Virus record (IMG/VR): IMGVR_UViG_3300037962_000405 | Location: 1-34,784 of that record | From: a virus | Taxonomy: Duplodnaviria > Caudoviricetes | DNA: 34,784 nt | Reading direction: 5' to 3' (one strand) | Shown: positions 8,745-17,121 of the stretch, piece after piece | Layout of the letters: each line of letters starts with the position of its first letter | How positions within the stretch are numbered: position 1 is the first letter of the stretch | The notes under the pieces: model-generated | Database searches by the model: none | What the model was told of the DNA's origin: nothing | The model's input: the letters and a program-made list of their open reading frames with translations, nothing else | Made by a program: the position numbers and the translations under genes

Positions 8745-9494
8745 TTATCTCTCGAACGTCTGCTTTAGTCCCGCCGTATACGTCGAGCGGATAATCTCGC
8801 CCTGTTCACGAGTCAGCGTCCCAGCGAGCCGAGGCATGATCCGACTGAACGTCTGCCCCGTCTGGTTCTCCACTTTCTCGAGACTCAATTCGAGGATCGC
8901 ACGATAGAACGGAACGGGGAGTTTCTTAACAAATGGAAGAATCGTCGAGAACGACCCCGCCTTCACTCGGATCATAACAGGGAACGTATCCGACTCACGA
9001 AGGAGACATATGTTCCGATGCTCGTCGACCCGCTTACCGCCGTTGCGACCAGACCCGAAGCCTAGAGGGGAGCTACTCGTCCCGCTGAGTCCGACCCAGT
9101 CATATGAACCGTCGGGGTTCCTAAAACTTTCGATCATCGCTTCGTCGAGATCGCCGTAATCGTCGCCTACTTTGCGAGCCGTAACTAAATCACTCGTTAC
9201 AAGTAGCGGCGTACTGCGTCCTCCGATTTCCTGAGTCGGCCACAAGAGACCGCCTGCTCCCCAGTAGACACAGATTCCCGTCAGGGTCTTCGTCTCGACG
9301 ACTCCGGTGATATCGTCGAATTCCCAAGTCGTCGAGCCGCCGGTCGGTATCTTAACCTGTACGAGATCCTGTTCGTTCATTACCTCGCCGCCTGTTAGGT
9401 TCGCCTCGATCGCCTCGGCGACGTCGCTTCCTTCTTCTAGTGCAAGGAACGACAACTCGGTCGACTTCTTTTTGGTTGAGACTTCTGTACTCAT
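8745..9494 (-). CDS. Conserved phage replication protein, putative ssDNA-binding
   Basis: VKIPTGGSTTWEF...RNICLLRE...FPVMIRV..GS recalls SSB-like proteins found beside SNF2 helicases. Confidence 0.45.
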   Translation of the reverse strand: MSTEVSTKKKSTELSFLALEEGSDVAEAIEANLTGGEVMNEQDLVQVKIPTGGSTTWEFDDITGVVETKTLTGICVYWGAGGLLWPTQEIGGRSTPLLVTSDLVTARKVGDDYGDLDEAMIESFRNPDGSYDWVGLSGTSSSPLGFGSGRNGGKRVDEHRNICLLRESDTFPVMIRVKAGSFSTILPFVKKLPVPFYRAILELSLEKVENQTGQTFSRIMPRLAGTLTREQGEIIRSTYTAGLKQTFER

Positions 9495-9498
9495 TTGG

Positions 9499-9900
9499 TT
9501 AACTCCTTCGATTTCCTAATTTTTGAAATTTATAAACTCTTAAAACGTCTTGTAGTTCCTGCGGTATCTTCGACTCGTCGCGGTCTTCGCCCATCATCTC
9601 GCGAATTGCACTTTTCAAAGAAGCGTTGACGACGCCGACGCAATGATCCAGACCGAAACTTCGTAACACCTCCTCGGCGTTCTCTTTGTCGGTTACGCTG
9701 ACGCCGACCTCGTTTCGGGGGTAGAACGTCCGACCCTCCATTGTCAGACGTTCTATCCCCTCGGAGGCGAAGATCTCTAGGAGCCGGTCTTCAAGGGTTA
9801 GCTTCCGTTCTTTTAATCCCTTGATCCTGACTCCGATCTCCGTAATCTGGTTGTCGATCTCTATATACTCTCGGACTATGTGTTTCGTGTTACTATCCAT
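9499..9900 (-). CDS. Coiled-coil phage protein of the replication/recombination block
   Basis: 133 aa with an N-terminal heptad helix, then GIERLTMEGRTFY. Confidence 0.6.
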   Translation of the reverse strand: MDSNTKHIVREYIEIDNQITEIGVRIKGLKERKLTLEDRLLEIFASEGIERLTMEGRTFYPRNEVGVSVTDKENAEEVLRSFGLDHCVGVVNASLKSAIREMMGEDRDESKIPQELQDVLRVYKFQKLGNRRS

Positions 9901-10135
9901 CTTCTGACTTTTCGCCTCCTACGATTTCGATTTTAAATTGACCCATTTTCGCGACGAGTTTCTCGGCAAACTCCCGCTCCCCCTCGCTGATATAGCGGCG
10001 GATCTTGTCGCACTTGCCGCAAACCTCAACCCCAAAACTCGAGGAGTCGTCGAGATCTATCCGAACCGTAACAGAGCGGTCTCCGCATTCTTTGCACTCG
10101 GGGAACTCCCCGACATATTCAGGCATCTTATCCAT
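9893..10135 (-). CDS. Small zinc-ribbon protein
   Basis: CKEC...CGKC. Overlaps both neighbours by 8 nt. Confidence 0.65.
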   Translation of the reverse strand: MDKMPEYVGEFPECKECGDRSVTVRIDLDDSSSFGVEVCGKCDKIRRYISEGEREFAEKLVAKMGQFKIEIVGGEKSEDG

Positions 10136-11759
10136 CGTTCGCCCCCGTTATGTCGTTCATGATTACCTCGACGACGTCGCGTCGATTACTCAGCGCCTTG
10201 TAGACCCTCTCGTCGACTGTATGTTCGCCGACCAGATGGTAATAGATGACGTTTTGATCTTGTCCGGCTCGATGACATCGCGCGAGACTCTGGAGATAAT
10301 CGCCAAGTGAGAATCCGAGAGAGTAATAAACGCAGATTCTAGCCCGTGTTAGATCTATCCCGACCCCGCCCGACTGAATTTGTACGGCCATCAGGTCGAC
10401 GTTGTCCGGCATCTCTCCGGTAGTTAAGAGGTCTTTACGATCTCCTGAGATCTCCCCGTATCGTCGACCCGTCGACTCAGCGAGTCGTGAGATTTCCTCG
10501 AGGTCTTTTCTGAATCGACAGAATACGACGACCGGCTCCGTCTCAGGAAGTCCGTCTAATATCGTTAATAGTGCTTCCGCCTTCGCCGAATCGACGCGGC
10601 TCGTGATACCGTTGTCATCTGTAATAAAGCCGGACGTGACTTGCTGGAGGCGGAGGAGTTGAGTAAGAGCGTTTCTGGTTGTCACGATGCCCGTAGCGAC
10701 ATCGGCGACAAACTGCTCTTGAAGTTCACGGTAAATCTGTTGCGCCTTGGCGCACAGCGTGACCCTAATCTCCTCGTGGATCGCCTCCGGCAAGTCTAAA
10801 ACGTCTTCGGCTTTCACGCGGTAGCTGATAAGTGAGAATATCTCGTTGAGTTCATCCTGATTTTTCCAGTACTTCACCTTACTGGGAAACATCGGATGCG
10901 TCTCAGCGTACCGATGACGAAATCGCGCGTATGCCGTCCCGAAGATCCCCGCGTCGAGGAATCGAAACTGCCCGAATAAGTCGAGCGGCGAATGAGGCAT
11001 CGGCGTACCCGTTAGACATAATCGGCGGCTCGCCTGCTCTGCGAGCTTCGCGCAGAACTTCGAAGTCTTACCCGTCGGGCTTTTTATCTTGTGCGACTCG
11101 TCGAGTATTACCAGATCCCAATAATAGCTCATCACCATCTCGGAGACCTGCTTCGAGATCAGGCTCTCATAATTAACGGCGACGATCTTCATCTCATCGT
11201 CTGCGACGTCTCCGAGCAGTTCGTATATCTGCTTCGCTTTCCTCGCGGCTGTTCCGCTCTCCAGAATCTCCATCTGGTATGTGTTGCCGTGACGCTGAAA
11301 CTCTCGACGCCAGACGCCGAGGACGGATTTCGGACATACAATCAAAATCGTTTTACATCCCCAGTTCGTCGCCAGATCGACGGCGACTTTCGATTTCCCT
11401 GTCCCCATTTCAAGCGCGAGCATCGAGGCGGGCTTATGATAAGCGAACCGGACGGAATCATTCTGATGCGTCCAAGGCTGCGTCTTATAATTGATACTTA
11501 TATCTTCGTAGGCTTGAGGCGTCCCGCTCGTCTCGTTAAACGTCTTCGCGTATGCTTTAATAGCGGGCGATACTTTAAAGAGTCCCGACGCTTGCAGCCT
11601 TGCCGCCGCTGCTGGGGTGAACTGGACAGACATTCCGCCTGTAATCTGAGCGGGACTCGGTAGGTTCATTGCAAGCTGACGAGCCGTCGCGACGTCTTTC
11701 GGATCGCCGCCGGACATATCGAGAATCATTCGGTTTTTTCGAATCGTTGCTCTCATCAT
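10128..11759 (-). CDS. SNF2-family SF2 helicase
   Basis: EMGTGKS, ILDESHKIK, LTGTP, GGVGIDLT, QSLARCHRAGQ. Confidence 0.93.
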   Translation of the reverse strand: MMRATIRKNRMILDMSGGDPKDVATARQLAMNLPSPAQITGGMSVQFTPAAAARLQASGLFKVSPAIKAYAKTFNETSGTPQAYEDISINYKTQPWTHQNDSVRFAYHKPASMLALEMGTGKSKVAVDLATNWGCKTILIVCPKSVLGVWRREFQRHGNTYQMEILESGTAARKAKQIYELLGDVADDEMKIVAVNYESLISKQVSEMVMSYYWDLVILDESHKIKSPTGKTSKFCAKLAEQASRRLCLTGTPMPHSPLDLFGQFRFLDAGIFGTAYARFRHRYAETHPMFPSKVKYWKNQDELNEIFSLISYRVKAEDVLDLPEAIHEEIRVTLCAKAQQIYRELQEQFVADVATGIVTTRNALTQLLRLQQVTSGFITDDNGITSRVDSAKAEALLTILDGLPETEPVVVFCRFRKDLEEISRLAESTGRRYGEISGDRKDLLTTGEMPDNVDLMAVQIQSGGVGIDLTRARICVYYSLGFSLGDYLQSLARCHRAGQDQNVIYYHLVGEHTVDERVYKALSNRRDVVEVIMNDITGANDG

Positions 11760-12010
11760 TTCGCTTTTCTCCTGAAGTCTTGAAAAGCGACATCACGGGA
11801 GAAGTCGACGACGAGGTCTGTGTGAATTGGGAGAGATCCCTCGGAGTTCACAAACTCGACCGCGTCGCTGGGCATCAGGTCGGCGAGTTTCTCGCCGTAG
11901 ATAATCGCGACTCGATCCCAGTCGCCCTGAGAGTCTTTCGACCAGACGGAGTAATCGCCGTCGCCGTGACGGTAGAACATAAATTTCGGGAGCGTATTCG
12001 GCGCGATCAT
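11756..12010 (-). CDS. Hypothetical protein
   Basis: 84 aa with ATGA overlaps at both ends. Confidence 0.7.
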   Translation of the reverse strand: MIAPNTLPKFMFYRHGDGDYSVWSKDSQGDWDRVAIIYGEKLADLMPSDAVEFVNSEGSLPIHTDLVVDFSRDVAFQDFRRKAK

Positions 12011-12258
12011 CGGGTCATCTCCCCGCGACGGATCGTTAAATCACGGTGCGCTTCAAGAGATAACCGGACGCCCTGACGACCCTTCGGCTCGCAGCCGATC
12101 TGAATGTCGCCGACCTCGACGGACTGGCTCCGCGCGATCTCGTTAATGTCTTCGCCTGCTTCGAATCGTCGAGCGGCTGAGAGACTGACTTTTCTAATCA
12201 GAGATGACAGGTCTATATTAACCTGCTCGCCAAATCGTCGTGTTAAAACTAGAGGCAT
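12007..12258 (-). CDS. CsrA-like protein with an internal insertion
   Basis: ATG 12258 follows GAGGAG. MPLVLTRRFGEQVNI and GVRLSLEAHRDLTIRRGEM match the CsrA termini, separated by about 30 extra residues. Confidence 0.7.
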   Translation of the reverse strand: MPLVLTRRFGEQVNIDLSSLIRKVSLSAARRFEAGEDINEIARSQSVEVGDIQIGCEPKGRQGVRLSLEAHRDLTIRRGEMTR

Positions 12259-12298
12259 CCTTCTCCTCGCTTTCAAGAAAATTCAAACGTGATAGGCG

Positions 12299-12328
12299 AA
12301 GATAGCAGATGTCAACGAATGGAGTCAA
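12299..12328 (-). promoter_or_regulatory. Putative sigma70 promoter for the replication operon
   Basis: TTGACT-18 nt-TATCTT with a TGn extension. A second TTGACA lies inside the spacer. Confidence 0.45.
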
Positions 12329-12335
12329 TAGAGGT

Positions 12336-12575
12336 TTATTGTTTTTTTTGCGGATCTGCGATTAACTCATCGACAGATACTTCGAGCGCCTCGGCGATGC
12401 GGGCGACGACGCCGATCGTCGGCTGTCGCGACTGCGCGAGGAGTTGCTGAATTCGCTGTCGCCGCTCGCCTGTTCTTCTCGCGAGGTCTGACTGATTTAA
12501 CTGATTGCTGTCTAATAGCTGTCTGACGTTTATCGCGATCCGTCGCTTCGCCTGTATGTCTGATATCATAATCAT
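12336..12575 (-). CDS. XRE/Cro-CI HTH regulator
   Basis: LNQSDLARRTG...IQQLL...RQPTIGVVARIAEALEVSVDELI. Start most likely at 12575 or 12569. Confidence 0.85.
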   Translation of the reverse strand: MIMISDIQAKRRIAINVRQLLDSNQLNQSDLARRTGERRQRIQQLLAQSRQPTIGVVARIAEALEVSVDELIADPQKKQ

Positions 12576-12666
12576 CTGATGATTGTATAAACAATTGTTG
12601 ACGGCGACCATCTCGTCTGAGAGATTTAATCGCCGAACGATATAACGCGGCGGGATCATTGACTGT

Positions 12667-13020
12667 ATGCAATGGCTCGCCGCGTTTATCATTCCTATTG
12701 TCTCCCCCTACGTCGTCGACGAGTACGACTCGGTCGTCTGGAACAAATACAAAAACGGCGGGCGATATCATACGCAGTTACTTGTCGCGACGTATACTCG
12801 CGTCGGCGTTCGTTATGAAGACTGGAGGACTCCGAAGACCGAACCGGTCGTCAGGCGAACGAATCGCGGAGTCGTTGTTCGATTCTATGACGACCGCGAC
12901 CGCGTCTTCCGCGAGATCCGCGCGAGGAGCTATTTCGTCGTTAAGAGCGATTACGATCTAGAGCTACGCAACCGCGACAAAATACCGCGAGATCACCGCC
13001 GCCCGCTCTCGACTCGATAG
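12667..13020 (+). CDS. Hypothetical protein, possibly exported; resembles a Planctomycete family
   Basis: Hydrophobic N-terminus. The C-terminal REIRARS....DYDLELRNR..IP...RR.L is recalled from planctomycete proteins (unverified). Confidence 0.55.
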   Translation: MQWLAAFIIPIVSPYVVDEYDSVVWNKYKNGGRYHTQLLVATYTRVGVRYEDWRTPKTEPVVRRTNRGVVVRFYDDRDRVFREIRARSYFVVKSDYDLELRNRDKIPRDHRRPLSTR

Positions 13021-13113
13021 GAATTTCTGAGGAATTCCCGAGAAACTCATAATAACCCTTTATTTATAGGGTTAAAAATATAGCGGATTTTTTTAAATAA
13101 ATGACTACATCTG

Positions 13114-13142
13114 TTGACAATATATGTCGATACACATATCAT
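13114..13142 (+). promoter_or_regulatory. Early promoter P1
   Basis: TTGACA-17-TATCAT with an AT-rich upstream region. Confidence 0.85.
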
Positions 13143-13185
13143 AGAGGCATAGTTAAGACATTCAAAAAAACAAGGACACGAAACG

Positions 13186-13368
13186 ATGAGACTTTTGATT
13201 GCAACAACTATCGACGAACATTATCGACTGAATCACGTTATGACAAAACTAAAAAAATCCGGTATCAAATACATCTGCCTAAGACGGGGCAGCCACTCCG
13301 CTATACTCGACATCTTATCACCCGCAGACCTCGCCGCCGCTAAACAAATCTTAGCGGAAACTAAATAA
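13186..13368 (+). CDS. Early hypothetical protein
   Basis: 60 aa, conserved leader, first gene after P1. Confidence 0.75.
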   Translation: MRLLIATTIDEHYRLNHVMTKLKKSGIKYICLRRGSHSAILDILSPADLAAAKQILAETK

Positions 13369-13395
13369 CTCACTCACTAACAAGGACACGAGACC

Positions 13396-14208
13396 ATGAC
13401 AACTAAAACACTAAAACCGACCCGCCCAACAAACACACAGAGAAGACTAGACGCCCTCGACCCTCGCGATCGAGCCATGATCGAGAACGACTTCGCCCCG
13501 ATCGCGGTTCAGTGTTTCACGAACCCCGCGAAGCATCACGTCTTTAAACGTGAAGACGGAATCCTCTACTACACCCAGACCTACCAGCGGACGCCGGAAG
13601 CCTGCGACGAGTTCGAGTATAAAATGAAAGAGGCGGAAAAATGGACTCCGCGCCACGCTGAATTCAACGTCCCATATTCAGAAATCAAAACGCGACTCGA
13701 CGACCGCGAAGACGGTCGGGGTCTAAGTTTTTGGGAAGCCTGCACATATACAAACAGTAACGGCGAACTCGTCGAAGATCACGGGTGGCTCGATTCATGG
13801 CTCCGAGGAATCAACGAGAGCGTAGCCGACCGGCGAGGTAGTCGCGTTGACTTCACCATCGAAGACCTCGACCGCGAGTCTGTTCACAATTTAATCAGAC
13901 GGCGTAAAAAGCTAGAGCGTCGCGGGTTCGGCGGTCTCGGGTTCGCCTGCGGCGTTTCAGCCGTCTCCTACTGGTCGGACTCCGTCGGCGACCACACGAA
14001 ATACTACTTCTCAGGAATGCCGAGTCTCCGCCTGATCCGCGAAGTCGCCGACGAAGCCGAGGCGTTCGGCGACGTCGAGGAGATCTTCCTAGAAGGCCAG
14101 ATCTACGTCGCGGCTGACTGGACAGACAACCCTGTCGAGGCGCGGGCGAACGCCGAGCCGACGTGTCATTATTGGCAGATCTCTATCTCCCTACGCTCAA
14201 AAAAATAA
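13396..14208 (+). CDS. Early hypothetical protein
   Basis: 270 aa, conserved leader. Confidence 0.8.
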   Translation: MTTKTLKPTRPTNTQRRLDALDPRDRAMIENDFAPIAVQCFTNPAKHHVFKREDGILYYTQTYQRTPEACDEFEYKMKEAEKWTPRHAEFNVPYSEIKTRLDDREDGRGLSFWEACTYTNSNGELVEDHGWLDSWLRGINESVADRRGSRVDFTIEDLDRESVHNLIRRRKKLERRGFGGLGFACGVSAVSYWSDSVGDHTKYYFSGMPSLRLIREVADEAEAFGDVEEIFLEGQIYVAADWTDNPVEARANAEPTCHYWQISISLRSKK

Positions 14209-14213
14209 TTTAA

Positions 14214-14288
14214 AAGAACATGTAAACTAATGTTGACGCTATATGCCCTCCGACATAGAATGATAGACATAGTTAAGACATTCACAAC
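14214..14288 (+). promoter_or_regulatory. Early promoter P2 (75-bp direct repeat, copy 1)
   Basis: TTGACG(14233)-17-TAGAAT(14256). Identical to 14930-15004. Confidence 0.9.
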
Positions 14289-14308
14289 AAACGAACGGAC
14301 ACGAAACG

Positions 14309-14590
14309 ATGAACGAAAAGACAAGCAACGAAATGACAACAACTGAAGGCGACCACCTAGCAACCTACATTTGGCGCGACTTAGACAAGCATTATGAAGC
14401 CGTTGAACAGTTAGCCATAAACGGCGAAGAATCGTTTATGGCTTATAGCCATATAGAGGAGGTTAAAGTGTTGGAAGCAATGGTAAGCAAGCTCAACACA
14501 ACAACCCGCATGGGCGAAAGAATCGCAGCAATGATTGAGGCAATTTATCGCCGAGCAAGTTTCAGTTGGCCGGAACAATTCTCAAGCTAA
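14309..14590 (+). CDS. Early hypothetical protein
   Basis: 93 aa, leader variant AACGGACACGAAACGATG. Confidence 0.75.
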   Translation: MNEKTSNEMTTTEGDHLATYIWRDLDKHYEAVEQLAINGEESFMAYSHIEEVKVLEAMVSKLNTTTRMGERIAAMIEAIYRRASFSWPEQFSS

Positions 14591-14626
14591 ATTAACAACC
14601 ACCCAACACACAAGGACACGAGACAA

Positions 14627-14941
14627 ATGACAAACCTAAACCTAAAACATGAAACACTACACACGCTGGGCGGCGACGGCGAACAATTCGCGACCGAAAT
14701 CATCACATACACAAACAGAGACGGCGACACTATCGCCGCGTTTAATCAACAGACCGGCGACGACCGGTTCTCCGTTTGTTATCGCTGGAATGTCACCGAG
14801 CGTTATATCTCGGAATTTGAGGAACCGCTCAAGCTAGATCCTGAATACATCGAGCGATGCTGGAACGGCGACGCATATCACGACGCCCCGACCGGTCGCT
14901 ATTACGGAAGCGTCATAAAAAAATATCGCAAGAACATGTAA
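14627..14941 (+). CDS. Early hypothetical protein (paralog of the 15977 N-terminus)
   Basis: 104 aa, conserved leader. The stop codon lies inside the P3 repeat. Confidence 0.78.
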   Translation: MTNLNLKHETLHTLGGDGEQFATEIITYTNRDGDTIAAFNQQTGDDRFSVCYRWNVTERYISEFEEPLKLDPEYIERCWNGDAYHDAPTGRYYGSVIKKYRKNM

Positions 14942-15004
14942 ACTAATGTTGACGCTATATGCCCTCCGACATAGAATGATAGACATAGTTAAGACATTCA
15001 CAAC
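14930..15004 (+). promoter_or_regulatory. Early promoter P3 (75-bp direct repeat, copy 2)
   Basis: TTGACG(14949)-17-TAGAAT(14972). Confidence 0.9.
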
Positions 15005-15027
15005 TAACAAACGAGGACACGAGACAA

Positions 15028-15231
15028 ATGACAAGCACAACAAAAAGACGAGTTTACCAAGTCAGAACCATCGACGGAAATTTTCGATTCTTTGCGGATG
15101 ACATGGAAAACGCCAACGATCATATCTGGTCAATGAACTCACACCCTGAATTTAAATCACTGTCAAAAGTAAAATTTGTTGGTTGGGCGCATGAGAGCGA
15201 CAACCTAGACGAGATGTTTGTATCCGTTTAA
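15028..15231 (+). CDS. Early hypothetical protein
   Basis: 67 aa, conserved leader. Confidence 0.75.
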   Translation: MTSTTKRRVYQVRTIDGNFRFFADDMENANDHIWSMNSHPEFKSLSKVKFVGWAHESDNLDEMFVSV

Positions 15232-15264
15232 CCACTCACTCAAACAAACAAGGACACGAGACAA

Positions 15265-15579
15265 ATGACAACTCAAATCATCGCACTAGAAGTTAAGCTG
15301 AACGACTCAGGATTCAACGCGAAAATCTGGAAAGGTTTTCGGATCTACCTGAACGGTTTCGGCAGAGATATTAAAGCCTATTTTGAATTCGACGAACCGG
15401 AGAGTCAGGACTACGAGAGCCTCCTAGATGGTACGGCTCTAAAGGTTTACACGAATGCAAACCAGTCGTACAAGTGGAAGATCAACCGCTCGCGTAAAGT
15501 TAAATTCCAAATAATGAACCAGCTGAAGCAGTTCGGAATTATTAGCGAGATCTGCGAAGACGCTTCAGAAGTTCTATAA
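15265..15579 (+). CDS. Early hypothetical protein
   Basis: 104 aa, conserved leader. Confidence 0.78.
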   Translation: MTTQIIALEVKLNDSGFNAKIWKGFRIYLNGFGRDIKAYFEFDEPESQDYESLLDGTALKVYTNANQSYKWKINRSRKVKFQIMNQLKQFGIISEICEDASEVL

Positions 15580-15611
15580 ACTCACTAACTAACTAACAAG
15601 GACACGAGACA

Positions 15612-15956
15612 ATGAGTAAGAAACGAATAACTATAGATGACTTTAAACCGCTTAAAGAATCAATGACAGGTGATAACCAGCAACGGTTCTCAGACTTTAT
15701 AGTCGGGCTAACTGCCGGAGTTCTCGTAATGTATGAATTAAAAGATAATAACGATCAACTCGATGAGCTTCTATTTCAGACAAAATTCTTTTGTGAGAAT
15801 GCGAGATGCCCAGAGATTAGCAGACTCCCTGATCTTGAGAGTCTTCTAATGATGATCCTCGAAGATTCGCGACGCAAATCGGACGACCAACTCGCCGACG
15901 AGCATATCGAAGAACTAACCCTCCGAGCCGTCGACGGTGAACTCTACCCTAACTAA
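15612..15956 (+). CDS. Early hypothetical protein
   Basis: 114 aa, acidic and helical, conserved leader. Confidence 0.78.
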   Translation: MSKKRITIDDFKPLKESMTGDNQQRFSDFIVGLTAGVLVMYELKDNNDQLDELLFQTKFFCENARCPEISRLPDLESLLMMILEDSRRKSDDQLADEHIEELTLRAVDGELYPN

Positions 15957-15976
15957 CTAAACAAGGACACAGACAA

Positions 15977-16465
15977 ATGAGTAAGAAAACACAAATCACA
16001 ATTCTAAAACGATACGAATTTAAAACATGCTACAACGGATCTTTGGAAGATCCGACATATACGGAGCTAACGACATACTTTAACGGGGAGTCGGTCATCG
16101 CGGTTTTTGAATCCGAAACTCACGAGGGCGAGAGCGTAATCTACCGCTGGGATATGACAAATGGAATCATTGAGGAAATGAGCAAATACGTACTTGTAAT
16201 CCTCATCCGTTCTGGCTTAACGGAAGACCTGATGAAATTAGAAGACTTGTATACAAGGTCTAAGGAAATCGGAGGACTTCATCCTAATGCAATACACCCC
16301 GATGACTGGGGAAAAATGTTCCACTATCCAACCTCGCCTAACTACCTACGAATACTCGAAGAATACAGGCTCGCGAATTTTCGCGAGCTAGACATCCGAC
16401 ACGATTTCGGTTTATCCGATCAAGTTATCCAAGAAATCGAAGAACTTGAAGAACGACTAAGCTAA
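15977..16465 (+). CDS. Early hypothetical protein
   Basis: 162 aa, conserved leader. Confidence 0.78.
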   Translation: MSKKTQITILKRYEFKTCYNGSLEDPTYTELTTYFNGESVIAVFESETHEGESVIYRWDMTNGIIEEMSKYVLVILIRSGLTEDLMKLEDLYTRSKEIGGLHPNAIHPDDWGKMFHYPTSPNYLRILEEYRLANFRELDIRHDFGLSDQVIQEIEELEERLS

Positions 16466-16484
16466 CTAACAAGGACAAGATGAA

Positions 16485-17096
16485 ATGCTGACACAAAAGA
16501 AAATAAACGAAGCGATTAAACACGCTAGACAAAGAAGCTATGAAAAGAAGATAGACGATGCGATCGAAGAAGCTGTTGAACGCACTAGATCAAAGTTAGC
16601 CGGTGATAATGCTCTCGGGTTTATATATAACGATGGAGGTCGCGCAGACGCGGGCTATAAAGGGTCGACCGGAGACTGTGTCGTACGCGCTATCGCAATC
16701 GCCGAACAGCGTGACTATGAGGAAGTTCGTCGGGAGTTAATGGAATATAACCGGAATTACGCAAATACATCTCGATCACGTATCGCGAAGAAGATACAAA
16801 AACGAGGCGCGACTACCCGTCGGGGGAACTGGAAGCGAGTCTATGAAAAACTGCTCGATAATAACGGATGGACTAAACACGCAAAAATAAGAGTAGGAAG
16901 TACTGATAGATGCTACATGCTAAAGAGCGATATACCGTCGGGTCGTGTACTTTTAAAAGTGCGTCGACATCTCGTCGCCTGCGTCGACCATGTTATTAAC
17001 GATACTTGGGATTCTCGCGAGTCGGACTTATGGGTCGACGGACTACCGACCGCGTTTAAAACCCCCAAATGCGTGACGACTATTTGGACTCGCTAA
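16485..17096 (+). CDS. Putative papain-like Cys-His-Asp protein
   Basis: GDCVVRAIAIA...RHLVACVD.VINDTWD, a widespread phage family with a peptidase-like triad. Confidence 0.6.
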   Translation: MLTQKKINEAIKHARQRSYEKKIDDAIEEAVERTRSKLAGDNALGFIYNDGGRADAGYKGSTGDCVVRAIAIAEQRDYEEVRRELMEYNRNYANTSRSRIAKKIQKRGATTRRGNWKRVYEKLLDNNGWTKHAKIRVGSTDRCYMLKSDIPSGRVLLKVRRHLVACVDHVINDTWDSRESDLWVDGLPTAFKTPKCVTTIWTR

Positions 17097-17121
17097 CTAA
17101 CTTTAACAAGGACAAGATGAA

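Noticed and set aside
13053-13074. Inverted repeat TAACCCT-N8-AGGGTTA as a terminator or att site
   Set aside because: AT-rich weak stem, a single copy noticed and no recombinase. It may be a protein-binding site but I cannot support that.
13101-13343. 80-aa ORF
   Set aside because: It starts upstream of promoter P1 and overlaps the better supported 13186 gene.
14169-15043. Two similar minus-strand ORFs (VVNVLTMSIILCRRAYSVNISLHVL)
   Set aside because: The similarity is just the reverse complement of the 75-bp promoter repeat.
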